Source of the DNA: Eledone cirrhosa
Taxonomy: Eukaryota
Direction: 5' to 3'
Assembly: GCA_964016885.1 (NCBI GenBank)
Contig: OZ024745.1
Span: 39,556,001-39,620,000 of the forward strand
DNA: 64,000 nucleotides
Shown: positions 1 to 12,082 of the stretch, piece after piece
How positions within the stretch are numbered: position 1 is the first letter of the stretch
Layout: each line of letters begins with the position of its first letter
The notes under the pieces: generated by a model
What the model saw: only the letters and a program-made list of their open reading frames with translations
Told to the model about the DNA's origin: nothing
Database searches by the model: none
Position numbers and translations under genes: made by a program

Positions 1-58
1 TCGATAAAATAAAGTACCAGTAATGCACGGGGATAATTGCTGGCCTTGTGTCATTATT
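1..58 (+). mobile_element. tRNA-derived SINE, 3' part
   Basis: TCGATAAAATAAAGTACCAGTAATGCAC...AATTGCTGGCCTTGTG matches the 3' half of the full copy at 42101-42284. Confidence 0.8.
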
Positions 59-1185
59 ATTACAAACTATAATACTTGCCAATCCTTATACCCTATTGTG
101 ACTTGGATTATAATAATTTATATTGATTGCTTATAGTGATATAATTTATGAATTTCTAAGATTGAACAATGCTCGCTACTCTTCTCTTGTTAAAATTGTT
201 ATTTTCCTTCTCCAGAAGAAATTATTACAACGACAAGCTCCGGCTTTATATGAAATCAAAGCTCAATAATGTATTATCTAAATATAGAAAGAAAGAGCAT
301 GACTATCATTCCTTGGATGATTTGTCTTTTGGTCACTAAATACTATTGTCGATCCATATGTTTAGTGTTAAAATTGTTAGCATAGGCCCAAAGCAAGAAG
401 ATGTTGTAGAAAGAGAACAGTTGATTAAATTGATTCCAGTACTTGAATTGTAATTTATATTATCGACGCTTGCATTTTGAAAGACGGATTTGTTCGGAGA
501 TATGACATAAACTGTTATGCAGGACAAATAATTCAATGTATTTGTGTGATATTCATGATTTTGCCAATACAACGAAATAACAATAGCTAACAATGTTTAT
601 ACATATAATGATTTAATTGTTCCCATGAACAATGTAACATAAAAATCTGTTTCTAAATCAATCAAAGTGTTGTCAATTGCTTTAGTGAGAGGTTTAATTC
701 AATCAGCTATAACCCGAAATAATAATGAATTTTAACTGTATGTTTAGAATAATCTTATCGACATCGTAATGACAAAGGACACCTAAGGAATATGCATCCA
801 GTACATAGAATGTCATAAATCATTTAATTGCAAATCATTTAATCACACATATTTCATTACGTTCAACACAACACTTTCAAGAAAATTAAAGTTTATTTCT
901 TAATCAAAGAACAGTAATTCAATTAAAAGTATTGTGACGAAATACGCCCTCAAAGTTTGCTTGTAAAGTTCGAAATTTGGAGGAGATTTTATTACAAGTC
1001 AATGTTTGGTACGTGGTATTTAAAGCAAATCGTTTCATAGTAAAAAGAAAAAAGGGTTCAAAGGTTATTTGTTTTGTGTATACATAAGTTCGTGAATTTG
1101 AAGACATGGCTCCGCCACCACGGGGTTCTGTCTCTGCATAATGTTATTGCTCAGGATTTGGCTTAGTGTATATAGTGGCGTTTGC

Positions 1186-1239
<54 letters not shown>

Positions 1240-2645
1240 GATGTAATGTGATTGTGACATAACTTACTTTTTCCATGAAACTGTATTTGAAAATATAAAT
1301 ATTGAACTCGCTAACTCGGATAAATGCGCTTGTCTTAATCAGAGCTGCTCACGCTATTGCGACAGTCTAATGATTGAAAACACTTAAAGAATATATATCT
1401 GAATAAAGAAATGTACCATATAATGCCAAGTCTCGAGAAATTCAACTGGTTGACTGACACATTACATATATCAGATATACGAAAGATACACAAACTCTCT
1501 CTCACAGACGAACACAGAAAGAGACATACACGTTCACACTCACACGCATATATATATATATAGATAGATAGATAGATAGATAGATAGACAGATAGATAAC
1601 ATAAAGTGTTATGTGTATTTATAAAGAGTGTAACCGCCACTGCAATAATACATACATTAATATACACAGCTTTAATATGTAGACATGTTAACATGCTACA
1701 ACATACGATTTTTCGTATAAATTGAAAAAAATGAAATACACATTTAATCGAAATGTGTTCCTAGTTGAGCCTTGATTAGAAGGCGCGTATATCATCTAAA
1801 CAATTGCGATGAAATATGTACTAGATGGGCTTTCCTACCCATTTACTTTTAGTTGTATTCTGAAATGGACGTTCTAATTTGAATATTAGCGTTCGTGTTG
1901 ATAGTTAAATATGATATATATTACGAAGTAGATAAAAAAGACAAAGTACAGGATCAAATGTTATCTGTATACATGGTATATTTGACCTAGACGGCGTCAA
2001 TGTGTATATAACTAAATGTACATATTCTTAATATGTAGTCACCTAAATATGCCAGACAATGCAAATGACCATGTAAATTGAAAAATTGTAAGCAACTTTA
2101 ATCGATTTGGGGACTAGTTGCGTCTTCATCAGAAGGCGTCTACATGTTTATGCACATCAATAAAGCAGTGTCTGTCCACAATTAAAATCCCTTAACATAT
2201 ATCATAAACAGGCTGTATTTGACGGAGGAACGGTTATTTTTGAGGCTGATAGATTCTCGACAACATTATTTGGGATAATATAATTCCAGATGTGATATTG
2301 CTATTTATCAGGGACATTATCTTTGTTTCAAATATATGATGTGGTATGAATATAATCTAATGATGTCTACCGTCGAGAATACGTTTATAAATATAAGTGA
2401 GATAACTGAAAATGCATGTGCTGGTAAAATTGACTCATGAATGAAAAAAATAGAGTAAAAACTCTCTGGTTCAAAATCACCGTTGTAATGGACATTGTTC
2501 AATTTCCGTTGCGTCCAGGTGACGTTGGATATATATGTATATATATATATATAACGAAGGAGTTGTGGTAAGGAACCAGATGCACCATAACGCACCAGAG
2601 AACTCAATACTTACGGTAGTAACGTAGGTAATAGGAAAATGTATG

Positions 2646-2742
2646 ACCCCGACGGTAGAGCTCAAGCCGTTTCGACGGCTATTTCTGGACTAAATTAGAA
2701 TGTTTAACCTGGTCAATAAATAGCTGAACTTTTCAAGGGGGT
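2646..2742 (-). ncRNA. Type I hammerhead motif (U3-A8 variant) in the 3' pseudo-LTR of the Penelope element
   Basis: Minus strand: CCCC-TTGAAAA-long stem II (GCTATTT/AAATAGC)-GAAA-CGG..CCG-TC-GGGG. Confidence 0.65.
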
Positions 2743-3459
2743 ACTTCCTTATATGGGAAGATTGTAGTTGTCAAGTGGATTGGTTTAAATTTGTTGTAAA
2801 CCCAAATAAGTCTATCATGGCATTTGGTGGGAGGTAGGGGTGACTGAACTTGCCTGTAGGGGAGTGAGTGGAGCGGTCAAGCGTTGAAAGAGATATGTAT
2901 ACAGCAGATTCTAAGGAAGTGTATGAAGTGGAGGAGGGAGATTATAGAATAGGTAAATCGAAAGAGAGTAGGAGACTTTAACAGATAATAGAATGAAATA
3001 AAAAAAATATATAAAATTAGATAATGAGAAATTAATAAAAAATATCACAACGCTATCTTACAATAACAGGTTAATAAGTTGTGAATAGAAAAAAACTTGT
3101 AGAAATTGAGTAGTACCAGAACTGATACATAATTAAAGGGGTTTAACACGTCTGCTATAAGTAGTTAGTCAAACGTATACGGCCAATTCTATCTTAAAAT
3201 TACATTGATGCCACAGAGGCCCGATGGGTTGCCTCGGAGTAGGCGAAGGGGAAAAGCAGACGAGGAAGAAAATAGGGGGTGGAAGGAAGTGATAGGATGA
3301 GACAGGGGAAGAAGACAAAGAGGAAAATAAAATAAAAGAGATACATCTACCTAGGTAAGCTGGGGTTTCCTCAAAATTAATTGGCAAATGGGGGGGGGGG
3401 GTATCAGCCCTTGTCTACCCACCCGGGTCGTTATAGGGTCTGAGGACGATGTAAGTCCT

Positions 3460-5100
3460 ACGCAAGCTGTGTTTGCTTGCGCTTACCAGTTCCTCTTTCT
3501 TGTTTAGGAGTTGGTCCTTCGAAAACGGCATCTGTAATGTTTCCTCCGAGCATAAGTTTCACGGACGTCATCCTCCCGTGTAAGAGTTAGCTTTGGACAG
3601 TAAGCTCCAAGTGAGATTGTAGGTTATATTATTATCTTGGAGGTCCCAGATGTGGCCTGAAAGTGCCTGCTGGATCCGCTAAGGGAAGCTGGATAAAAGG
3701 ATATTTCCTCCCGGAAGCCGCTCTGCTTGAGGGCCTGGTTGTAATGAGGCGCGTTTTTGTCGAAAATCGGCTCATTAGCGGACAAACGAGATATGCAGAG
3801 GGAGATGTTTTTAACCAGGTTATTGGTGATGTTTCTAGGATGGTTAGAACGGCGGTGGATGTAGTGCAACTTGTCGTTTGGTTTCCTGTATGGGTAGTAC
3901 AGATCATTTTCGAGGTTAAGGGTAACGTTCAGGAAATTGACCTGGATTAGGGACGTCTGTAGGGTGATTTTAAATCCCCAGTCCCGGAAGTTGTTGATTA
4001 GTTGTTTACGGACCCGGTCTGTACTACTGGGGTTGTACCCTTTGAGGGTGAAGAGCCCATCATCCCGGTGCAATCCACCGCCGAATGCAGGAAACATTTC
4101 GGTGAGTTTAAATAGTCGGAATAATCCTAAAAGATCTGTGACCTTCGCCGATCCGTCGCGCCCAGGTGGAGTCGTGACCTCTCTTTATCCACTTAGAGTT
4201 GTCGAAAAGTAGGACTGTCTTCCTGGCGTGGAGAATGATATTTCTTTCCTGCTCAGTGATGGGTGTGATTGTTTCGGCAAAGTCCAAGGCGGCTGTAAGG
4301 AGCAGTAAGGTAATAGATGCACACTAACTCTCTTTGTCAAACTGGATGAATTTTGAGTCTCGTTTGTCCTCCATATTCCTGAACCATGAGATTACTTCCT
4401 GGGTGCTGACCCATAGGCTAAGTCTCACGTTTTGCTTAACTTTTGGTATAACTCCGTCTAGGATCTGTTTACTGTATCTCCCTATGTCCGACTTCGTTGG
4501 GTTTATAAGCCTAATGGGTGGTTTGCGGTTGAAATCGGATTTGTGGTCCTTCAGTGAGAAGTTGGGAGTCCCTGGGTCTAGGGGTTCAGTGCGGTCGGCG
4601 ACCCGGAGGTTGGAGATAATTTGTTGTCCATCTCGATTTATGTCCTCGATAATTGAATGGTTAGCCTTTTTATAGGTGGAGTTTAGGCTGCTCCTGATCA
4701 GTGTGTGGTATCTGTCAGGGTTGACGAAGTAGATGTTTCCTGTTTTGTCTGAGTGCACCATGATGTCGTTGATGTTTTCATACTCTGTTATTTTGCTACG
4801 GAGTTGTTGTAGGAATCAGTTGTATCTGGGTTTGCATTTAATGCTCTTGACCAGGTGGAACAGGTCGTTCTCGAACGTTGAGAGCATAGGGTTCGGGTGG
4901 GGAGATTTGTAGGTATTGAATCCGAATCTCTCCTTGGTGTCGAGGTCCTGATTGTCGCGGTAACTATCGTTGAAAAAAGTTCTCCATCTTAGTCTTTTCG
5001 CAAAAAGGTCGATTTTTTGCGTGAGCATCCGAAGCTAATGTTTTCTCGGTGGAACTGGGATGTTCTTGCTGGAGAAGTCGATGTTGCGTTTCCGCATCAT
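3460..5100 (-). pseudogene. Penelope-like RT ORF, fragmented; most of the endonuclease deleted, C-terminal remnant at 3460-3620
   Basis: ORFs 3624-4097, 4324-4761, 4816-5028 are collinear with the intact ORF at 53230-55052; remnant LTWSLLSKANSY...NLCSEE...LLNKKEEL. Confidence 0.88.
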
Positions 5101-5253
5101 ACGGGTGAAGAAACTTGATCTGGGTGGAAAAGTCGGGATATGGCGTGGTAGAGTCGGAAAGTGCTCTACTACAGAGATAGGAGCTAAATAACAAAAGAAT
5201 TGTGGTAAGGAACCAGATGGACCATAACGCACCAGAGTACTCAATACTTAGGG

Positions 5254-5296
<43 letters not shown>

Positions 5297-5352
5297 TATA
5301 TATATATATATATATTTATATAAAAGTATTTCCACAACAGTTCGTTCACAAT

Positions 5353-5395
5353 ACCGAGAACAAATGTTTCACCTTATGCGGATCCACAGCTCGGT
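5353..5395 (-). ncRNA. Hammerhead motif with one core mutation, inside a short fold-back element (~5323-5500) between (TA)n runs
   Basis: Minus: ACCGAG-CTGTGGA-TCC GCATAA GGT-GAAA-CA TT TG-TT-CTCGGT (6-bp stem I; A6 mutated). Confidence 0.55.
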
Positions 5396-5500
5396 CTGTT
5401 CTCGGTATGGCGAACTAGCTGGTTGTGGTACTACTTCTACCAACCTCGTCCCATGGACTGAGCTCTCTACCACTACAGATATAAGCCTACAGTGTTCTAC

Positions 5501-5555
<55 letters not shown>

Positions 5556-5676
5556 AAATGTAATCTGAGCTTTTCGAAATTAATAATAACATTGGATTCG
5601 TTTGCAATTATGCAAATAAGCCTCATTTTTAAAGCCATGTCTGTAGAATGAACCCTTCATTATTGAATGTGACAAA

Positions 5677-5731
5677 GGGAACCCGGGCCGCCTGGGTGAA
5701 AGCCAGGAATCCTGACCACTAGACAACATAT
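5677..5731 (-). pseudogene. tRNA-Glu(TTC) fragment lacking acceptor ends
   Basis: Minus: GTCTAGTGGTCAGGATTCCTGGCTTTCACCCAGGCGGCCCGGGTTC, matching the D arm, TTC anticodon arm and start of the T arm of metazoan tRNA-Glu. Confidence 0.85.
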
Positions 5732-5733
5732 AA

Positions 5734-5831
5734 ATGGCTTCTCGGCCTTTTGGCTAAGATCAAAGTGTAGTATCTGTTCTCATCAGCTTAATATCTGATA
5801 CGGTCCCTATATGGGACCATCGATATTAAAT
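5734..5831 (+). pseudogene. U2: U2 snRNA 5'-portion retropseudogene with A-rich tail
   Basis: ATGGCTTCTCGGCCTTTTGGCTAAGATCAAAGTGTAGTATCTGTTC... includes the branch-point recognition sequence GTAGTA; ends before the Sm site; A-rich tail 5832-5847; 18-bp direct repeat ATTATTGAATGTGACAAA at 5659-5676 and 5850-5867. Confidence 0.92.
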
Positions 5832-6328
5832 AAAAAAAATAAAGAAATGATTATTGAATGTGACAAAACGACCACTTACTGCTCGTATACAGGAAACTGA
5901 CTGGCCAGTCTGCTGATATGCAAATATGGCTGATCAGTGGATCTGCTAATATGCAGATCTGACTGACTGCCAGTCTGCTAATATGGAAATCAGGCCGATA
6001 GTATGTGTATATGTTAGATAATAGCATATATTTTCACTAGCTCTGAAAGTTGGCAGGTGAACAGTGAGCTGTACTGATGGAGGGTGATACCCAGAATCAT
6101 TAGTGTCTGGAGTTCTGTTTACCTGCCAACACAAGAGCAAGAATGAAGGGTTCATTCTACTGACATGACTTAAAAAATGAGGTTTATTTGCATAATTGCA
6201 AACGAATCGAACGCTATATTATTAATATTCGAAAAGCTCACACTACATTTATACATATTTTAATGTATGACGCTGGATGTATATTTTAGTATACTGTAGT
6301 AGTTTTTTTGTTATTGATGTGTATGTGT

Positions 6329-6369
<41 letters not shown>

Positions 6370-6871
6370 TACACACATATATATATGTGGGTGTGTATGT
6401 GTGTGTGTGTATATATATGTGCGTATGTATATACATATGTGTGTGTATATATATGTGTGTATATGCATGTATGTGTATATATGTGTGCGTATATGTGTAT
6501 TTATATGTATGCGTGCGTGTATGTGTATGTGGGAGGGTGTGTATCTATATATATGTGTGTGTATATATTTATATATATACTTTGATGTATTTATTTATTT
6601 ATTTTTCTATTTACTTATTTATTTATATGTGTGTATGCACGCATGCATGTATGTATTTGGTTACATTGTTTATACTCGTGCATGTATAACAGGATGCAAC
6701 CTTTAATGGATGACCCTATCTGTTCTTTTGTGCAGATTTATATGACTATAGTATATAACATTTGAGTACGGACAGAGATATGTGTGTGCGTGTACGTATT
6801 TTTGAAGATGTATGTGGGCACGGAGGTATTTGGGCGCGTATTTGTTTGAATGTATATGAGCCAGTGTGTGT

Positions 6872-6948
<77 letters not shown>

Positions 6949-8707
6949 TGCGAGTGCACCTAAAACAGGCTGAGGGATTACTGATGACTACGCTTATTTG
7001 TGTGTACATATACACATGTGTGTATATATATATATGTGAGTATGTATATATAGATGTATATGTGTGTCTGTGTATGTGTGTGTTTGGAAGCGTGTCTGTC
7101 TGTGTGCATCTCTGCAAGGACAGGGATGGGTATATATATATACACGAGCTTATCTACACGTATGTAGTACCATACACTGATTACATGTATCAGCTCATGA
7201 GTTTTCTGTTTTATAGAGTGAAAATTAGGTTACTGACGCCCGCTGTTTTAAACCTCAAACCGATTCAAATACTCAACACATTGACACCGTATGTTTACTT
7301 TGGAAGATAATGAAAGCGTCGATGACGTAGCACGTTAACTAAATAAATATATTTTTATCACCATCTATTGGGGAAAATCGATACGAAATGTAACGATCAT
7401 TAGACAAAATACATCTGAGAGAAATGTAATATTAAGTTAAGTGCAAAATAATATGCTGCAATTTTAGAAGGCAATCAGTGTACAGGCGGTGCAGATATAT
7501 CAGGAGTATGTTTAATGTTTTCGCTTGTCTGTGTTTGTTTTTATTTTGTTTTCTGATCTGTTTTGTATTTCAAATGGATTTTGCTGCTGCTTTCTTGTTG
7601 TTGTTTTTTTTTTTGTCATGGTATTGGTGGTGGTGGTGGTGGTGGTGGTGTTGCTTTTGAAGTGAAGACGTGCTGCAAATATGTTTATAGAAATATTTGT
7701 TTACAGATATGTAGCAAGAAAAAGAAAGGAAACAAAGCAATGAGACAACGAACTTTGCCACGTAATGCATTTTCTTTAGTAACATTACATATATTTATCT
7801 CATATTGTTACGTTATTTTCCTGTTATAAAAAAAAATCACTCATTATCTATTTAAATAGAAAGAACTCAATAAATATGTAAACTATTTAAAACAACCGTT
7901 ATCTCACTAAATAACATATATTCGAAATAGATTTTTAAAATATTGAATGCAGTGACAGAACAGTGCACCTTATTTATTACAGATATTAGAAGATTAGTTT
8001 GCAGCTGCATATTATCTGCACACAATGCACATATTGTTTATACGACGTATACATAGCTTTCGGGGCCATATTACATTATATATCTGTTAACCTTAGCTTT
8101 TCATTGTAGTTCTACAGACAGTAGAATATATACACATATTACAGATTTGTAATATGTGTATATATTTGACAAAGTGACTATAATTTCATAAACATCTCTG
8201 ATACTACCTTTTGATTAGGAGTTACACTGTCCTGTTTAAAACTCATAAAAGGGTATCAAATGTATTATATTCAACTGGAAATAAAGACCCAAGAGCAGCG
8301 TTAACAACAGCCAGTTCAGAGATATTTAGCGTTTGGAATTATACCTCAATTGACGTTTTATACACTCATGGTATTTAGATGTACGGATGCACGCGGTGTT
8401 CAAATGAGAAATATATCAGTTTATGATTAGGGTGAACATAATGCTTTCATAAAACAAAATAGCAATTTAAAATCAATCTTACAATCCACTTAATTGGATT
8501 TGCAAATGTGTGCTAATTACGAAATATCACATAATAGCATGCAAATAACATTTTTTTTACTGTATTCTACTTTGCATAATTGCATTTCTAATTTGTATTG
8601 TATCGGCTTCCCTTACATTGCCAAAGCTACATAGATCATAATGCATCATGTAAACTAAAAACAAGTACGACACATGAGATATCAGCGAATATTGTGCGGT
8701 GGATGCA

Positions 8708-8806
8708 ATAACTGTTTCTACATTTGGCACAAGGCCAGCAATTTCCCCAGTGTATTACTGGTACTTTATGTTATCGACCCCATAAGGATGAAAGGCAAAG
8801 TTAACC
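8708..8806 (-). mobile_element. SINE, 5'-truncated
   Basis: Reverse complement of the SINE core/tail (GGCACAAGGCCAGCAATT...ATCGACCCC...GGATGAAAGGCAAAGTTAACC). Confidence 0.85.
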
Positions 8807-11406
8807 CTCTGTTTTACATTCTACGTTTAACTTCTGTTTTAAATTCTTAATTTTCTAAGATATTTGTGTTATATTTATCTCAGTATAAAATATTCATGCA
8901 CATATGAAAATGAAAAATAAGTTTGATGCAGGCAAGACAGGATTTATTAAATTACTAGATACGTCCTAGCGCGTGGTCCGTTGGGGCATCCCGACATAGT
9001 TCATGTTCTTGTAAGAGCATTCGCGTCAGAGGAAAAGAATTGAAGAAATTATTTTCGGCCTGTAGATTTGGCACACATGCTTGCAACAGTTTAGGAACTG
9101 CTATACACATTTAAGGAAGATAGGGTGTTAAATCATGTATCGGACTAAGTTTATCAGCGCAGAACACAATAACCAGGAATAAATGCCACAATGAATACTC
9201 GTTTGACGCTTTAACATTCCCAACCTAGATTAACAGTTTATTTTATCAAACTAGATAGCATGTAAAGTAAACTTTGCAAATATATGACAGAGAACTGTAA
9301 GAAATACAGCAGTTTGGCATTTTTATAATGATGCTTCCCACTGTCCTTCCATAAATAAATACTCACATGGTGAAAGTAGCTTAAAACATATAAAATAACT
9401 CCGGGTGCGAATAAATTACTGGGTGAGAACTTTAACGAATAACCAAGTTAAATGTTCCTCAATAATTCCACTCTGTTAAGCTAAAATCTAATATTATAAT
9501 AATTTGCTCCAGCAGCTATACGATTTCTCTGGTCGAAAGTTATTGGAACCATTTTGACTTACCCTGGTATATTTATTTGTGCTTCTCTATCTATTGATAT
9601 TTCTATGTTATACCCCCCCCCCCCATATATATATATATATATATATATGTATATTAATTCATTTGAACCCGCTCGCCGGCTGAGAACAAAATACCTGTTG
9701 ACGAAATGGCAGCCTTGTTCGATCGTTATAACATCAATTTCCAGGAGATCCAGGTAAATTCTTTAGTTAACCTGTTTAGCTTGCTTCATTTTTTTTGGCT
9801 CCGGTGGCTGATAACTTCACGACCGCCGTTTTCAATTTCTATGGCCTCTATAACGTATGTTAATTGCTCTGGTCTTCTTTTAGTCCATTGAGCGCTTGCC
9901 GCATATCTCGAAAATTGCGTTTCCTTTGCTTTTGACCACATCCGAAATACGTTCTCGCTGCAATTATATATATATATATGTGTGTATGTGTGTATGTGCG
10001 TGTGTGTGTTTGTGCGTGTGTGTGTGTATGTGTGTGTTTGCTGCATATTTCTTGTGTATAAACATATCATTTATGTTTACAGTTACTAGAAACGAAATTT
10101 AACCATGATAGTTTATATATAAATATGTGTACATGTGGGCATAAGTTTGTGTGTCCGTATTTATGTGTATGTGTATTTATGTGTGCGCGTGTGTCTGAGT
10201 GTAAGCATATTTGGTATGTGATGGGCAGTTACGAAAGAATTAGATATTTCAATTTCAAATTGAACAAATCTAAGTAAAGATACATAGGATGTTAAGGAAT
10301 ACATTCATTAAGATATAATAATGTGTTATATTTTAGTTCTACTCTACTTGTATATGTTCAAGCATTTTATAAAGCCAAACAAAAAAATGGGAACAAGAAC
10401 AATATTGTGAGAATCTATCATTCCTTTGTAATTTATTTTAGCGACATCTGATTTGTTTCACGACTATTATGATTTGCTAAATCAATTTCAAAAGAATACC
10501 ACACTATATTAAATATGAAATAATGAACGTATAATTGATTCAAGATTATATTTCTATTTGTTTTTTCAACAAATGTAATATATTTTTACCTTTTGCCAAT
10601 TTCAAATATGTTTGATTAATGATGTATATTGGAATGATTTATGGCTTACACACTTGAAAATGACGCTTGAGTTGAAATTAAGTTATAATATCTGTAGAAC
10701 CTCTAAAAAGTCAAATATAATAACTAACAATAGTTTCACAGAATATGTGTGTTTAAATAACTACATATTCAAGACAAAGATATTTTTAATGATTAAGGAA
10801 ATATTTAACAATGAGTCAATCGGTATGATTAGTGTCCTTACAATTCTAATTATTCGCCTTGAATCTAGAACCGGAACAGAATTTTAAACAAAAAGTAGTG
10901 TGGTCGTAAAATAATTCATTTTCCAGAAAGGAAACTATAAATCATATAAAGGTATGAGTAAAGAAATAAATCAAACCCGAACACATGCATGCATATATAT
11001 ATGCAAGTATATATATAAATACACTTACACTGATATACATACTTATACCGACTTATATATATACTGTTCATATATTATGTAAATAAAAAATAGAGAGAGC
11101 GTTTCAATCTATTTTTTTCTTTTTCATTTCTTTGTTATATACTTTACTAATTGGAAAACTGCTCTATAATCATTCTGGCCTAATAATCATGACTTGCAAA
11201 ATGCAACGAAAGCTATTACCATGTGCTTATATAGGTTTCGTTAGATCACATTCATTCTAGATTTTAAAGTCGTAATCTACTCTGGTTTATGTGATAGACG
11301 TAACCCATTGCGCGGCGAATAAGCCATATCGATCGACAGTCATTTGTGAAGTATAAATAAATACTTTAATACATACCCACGAATATATATACATATACAT
11401 AAAACA

Positions 11407-11459
<53 letters not shown>

Positions 11460-11460
<1 letters not shown>

Positions 11461-11635
11461 ATATTAATAAATGGAAAGTATATATATAAAACCATATTTA
11501 TTTTATTATATATATTTCAAGGGCAACAAAGGCTAATTATGGTGCGCTTTCATCAGATAAAATACAGATTTGTTTTATAAATAAATATTGACATACCCGG
11601 AAAAAGACAACCTTAACGGTTGGACCTTCCTGGAT

Positions 11636-11693
<58 letters not shown>

Positions 11694-11790
11694 AGGAAGC
11701 TCCAACCGTTAAGGGGTTGTCTTTTGTCCGGGTATGTCAATATTTATTCATAAAACAAATCTGTATCTTATCTGATGAAAGCGCCCCATA
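11460..11790. repeat. Inverted pair of an HHR-bearing element arranged around a central (TA)n
   Basis: 11538-11635 is the reverse complement of 11690-11790, with (TA)n at 11639-11690 between them. Confidence 0.85.
11499..11564 (-). ncRNA. Type I hammerhead ribozyme motif
   Basis: Minus: TATTTTAT-CTGATGA-AAG..CTT-GAAA-TATATA-TA-ATAAAATA; perfect 8-bp stem I, palindromic stem III. Confidence 0.8.
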
Positions 11791-12082
11791 AATTCCTGCC
11801 AATGTGTATGGATGAAACACTGTTAGCTAATAAAATAATGTATTTCTAAGTACACTTAGGTTATTCCTATAACTATAACGGCTCTGTAGTATACGATTTA
11901 TTCTACATTGAGCAAAAAATACACTGTTATACCAAGGGCAATATATTTGCATGTCTGGGCATATTGATATATTTATCAACGAAATATAACTGCTCCCATT
12001 AGGTTGAGTTTAAAAATATCACCACTATGTATTAATAGATGTATACAACTATAGTCGCACACTGGTGTATAAACCTGGCAGT

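Larger units (their letters stand above)
2553..5257 (-). mobile_element. Penelope-like retroelement (Naiad-like), decayed, with direct pseudo-LTRs (2553-2745 and partial 5190-5257); both ends abut (TA)n
   Basis: Minus-strand ORF pieces: SSKNIPVP, SDKTGNIY, LKDHK, IRLINPTKSDIG, FIQFD, GGLHRDDGL, VNFLNVTLNL, YIHRRSNHP; terminal direct repeat GTGGTAAGGAACCAGATG..CCATAACGCACCAGAG. Confidence 0.9.
5553..6258. mobile_element. Fold-back copy of non-coding family K (arms 5553-5660 and 5868-6258) with degenerate HHR at 6069-6112
   Basis: 5553-5660 is the reverse complement of ~6143-6253; homologous to 25140-26275. Confidence 0.75.

Noticed and set aside
3663-4675. Plus-strand ORFs 3663-3950, 3937-4212, 4334-4675, and similar ones at 53651-55090
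   Set aside because: Antisense shadows of the Penelope RT frames
5734-5831. Functional U2 snRNA gene
   Set aside because: Lacks the Sm site and 3' stem-loops; has an A-rich tail and TSD
7706-7765. Possible small exon (TTTACAG ... CAC|GTAATG)
   Set aside because: Splice-like signals only; no recognisable coding content or partner exons
11869-11881. TAACTATAACGG resembling the I-CeuI site of bacterial 23S rRNA (also at ~14528)
   Set aside because: Only a 12-nt match inside a pseudo-LTR, with no flanking rRNA similarity
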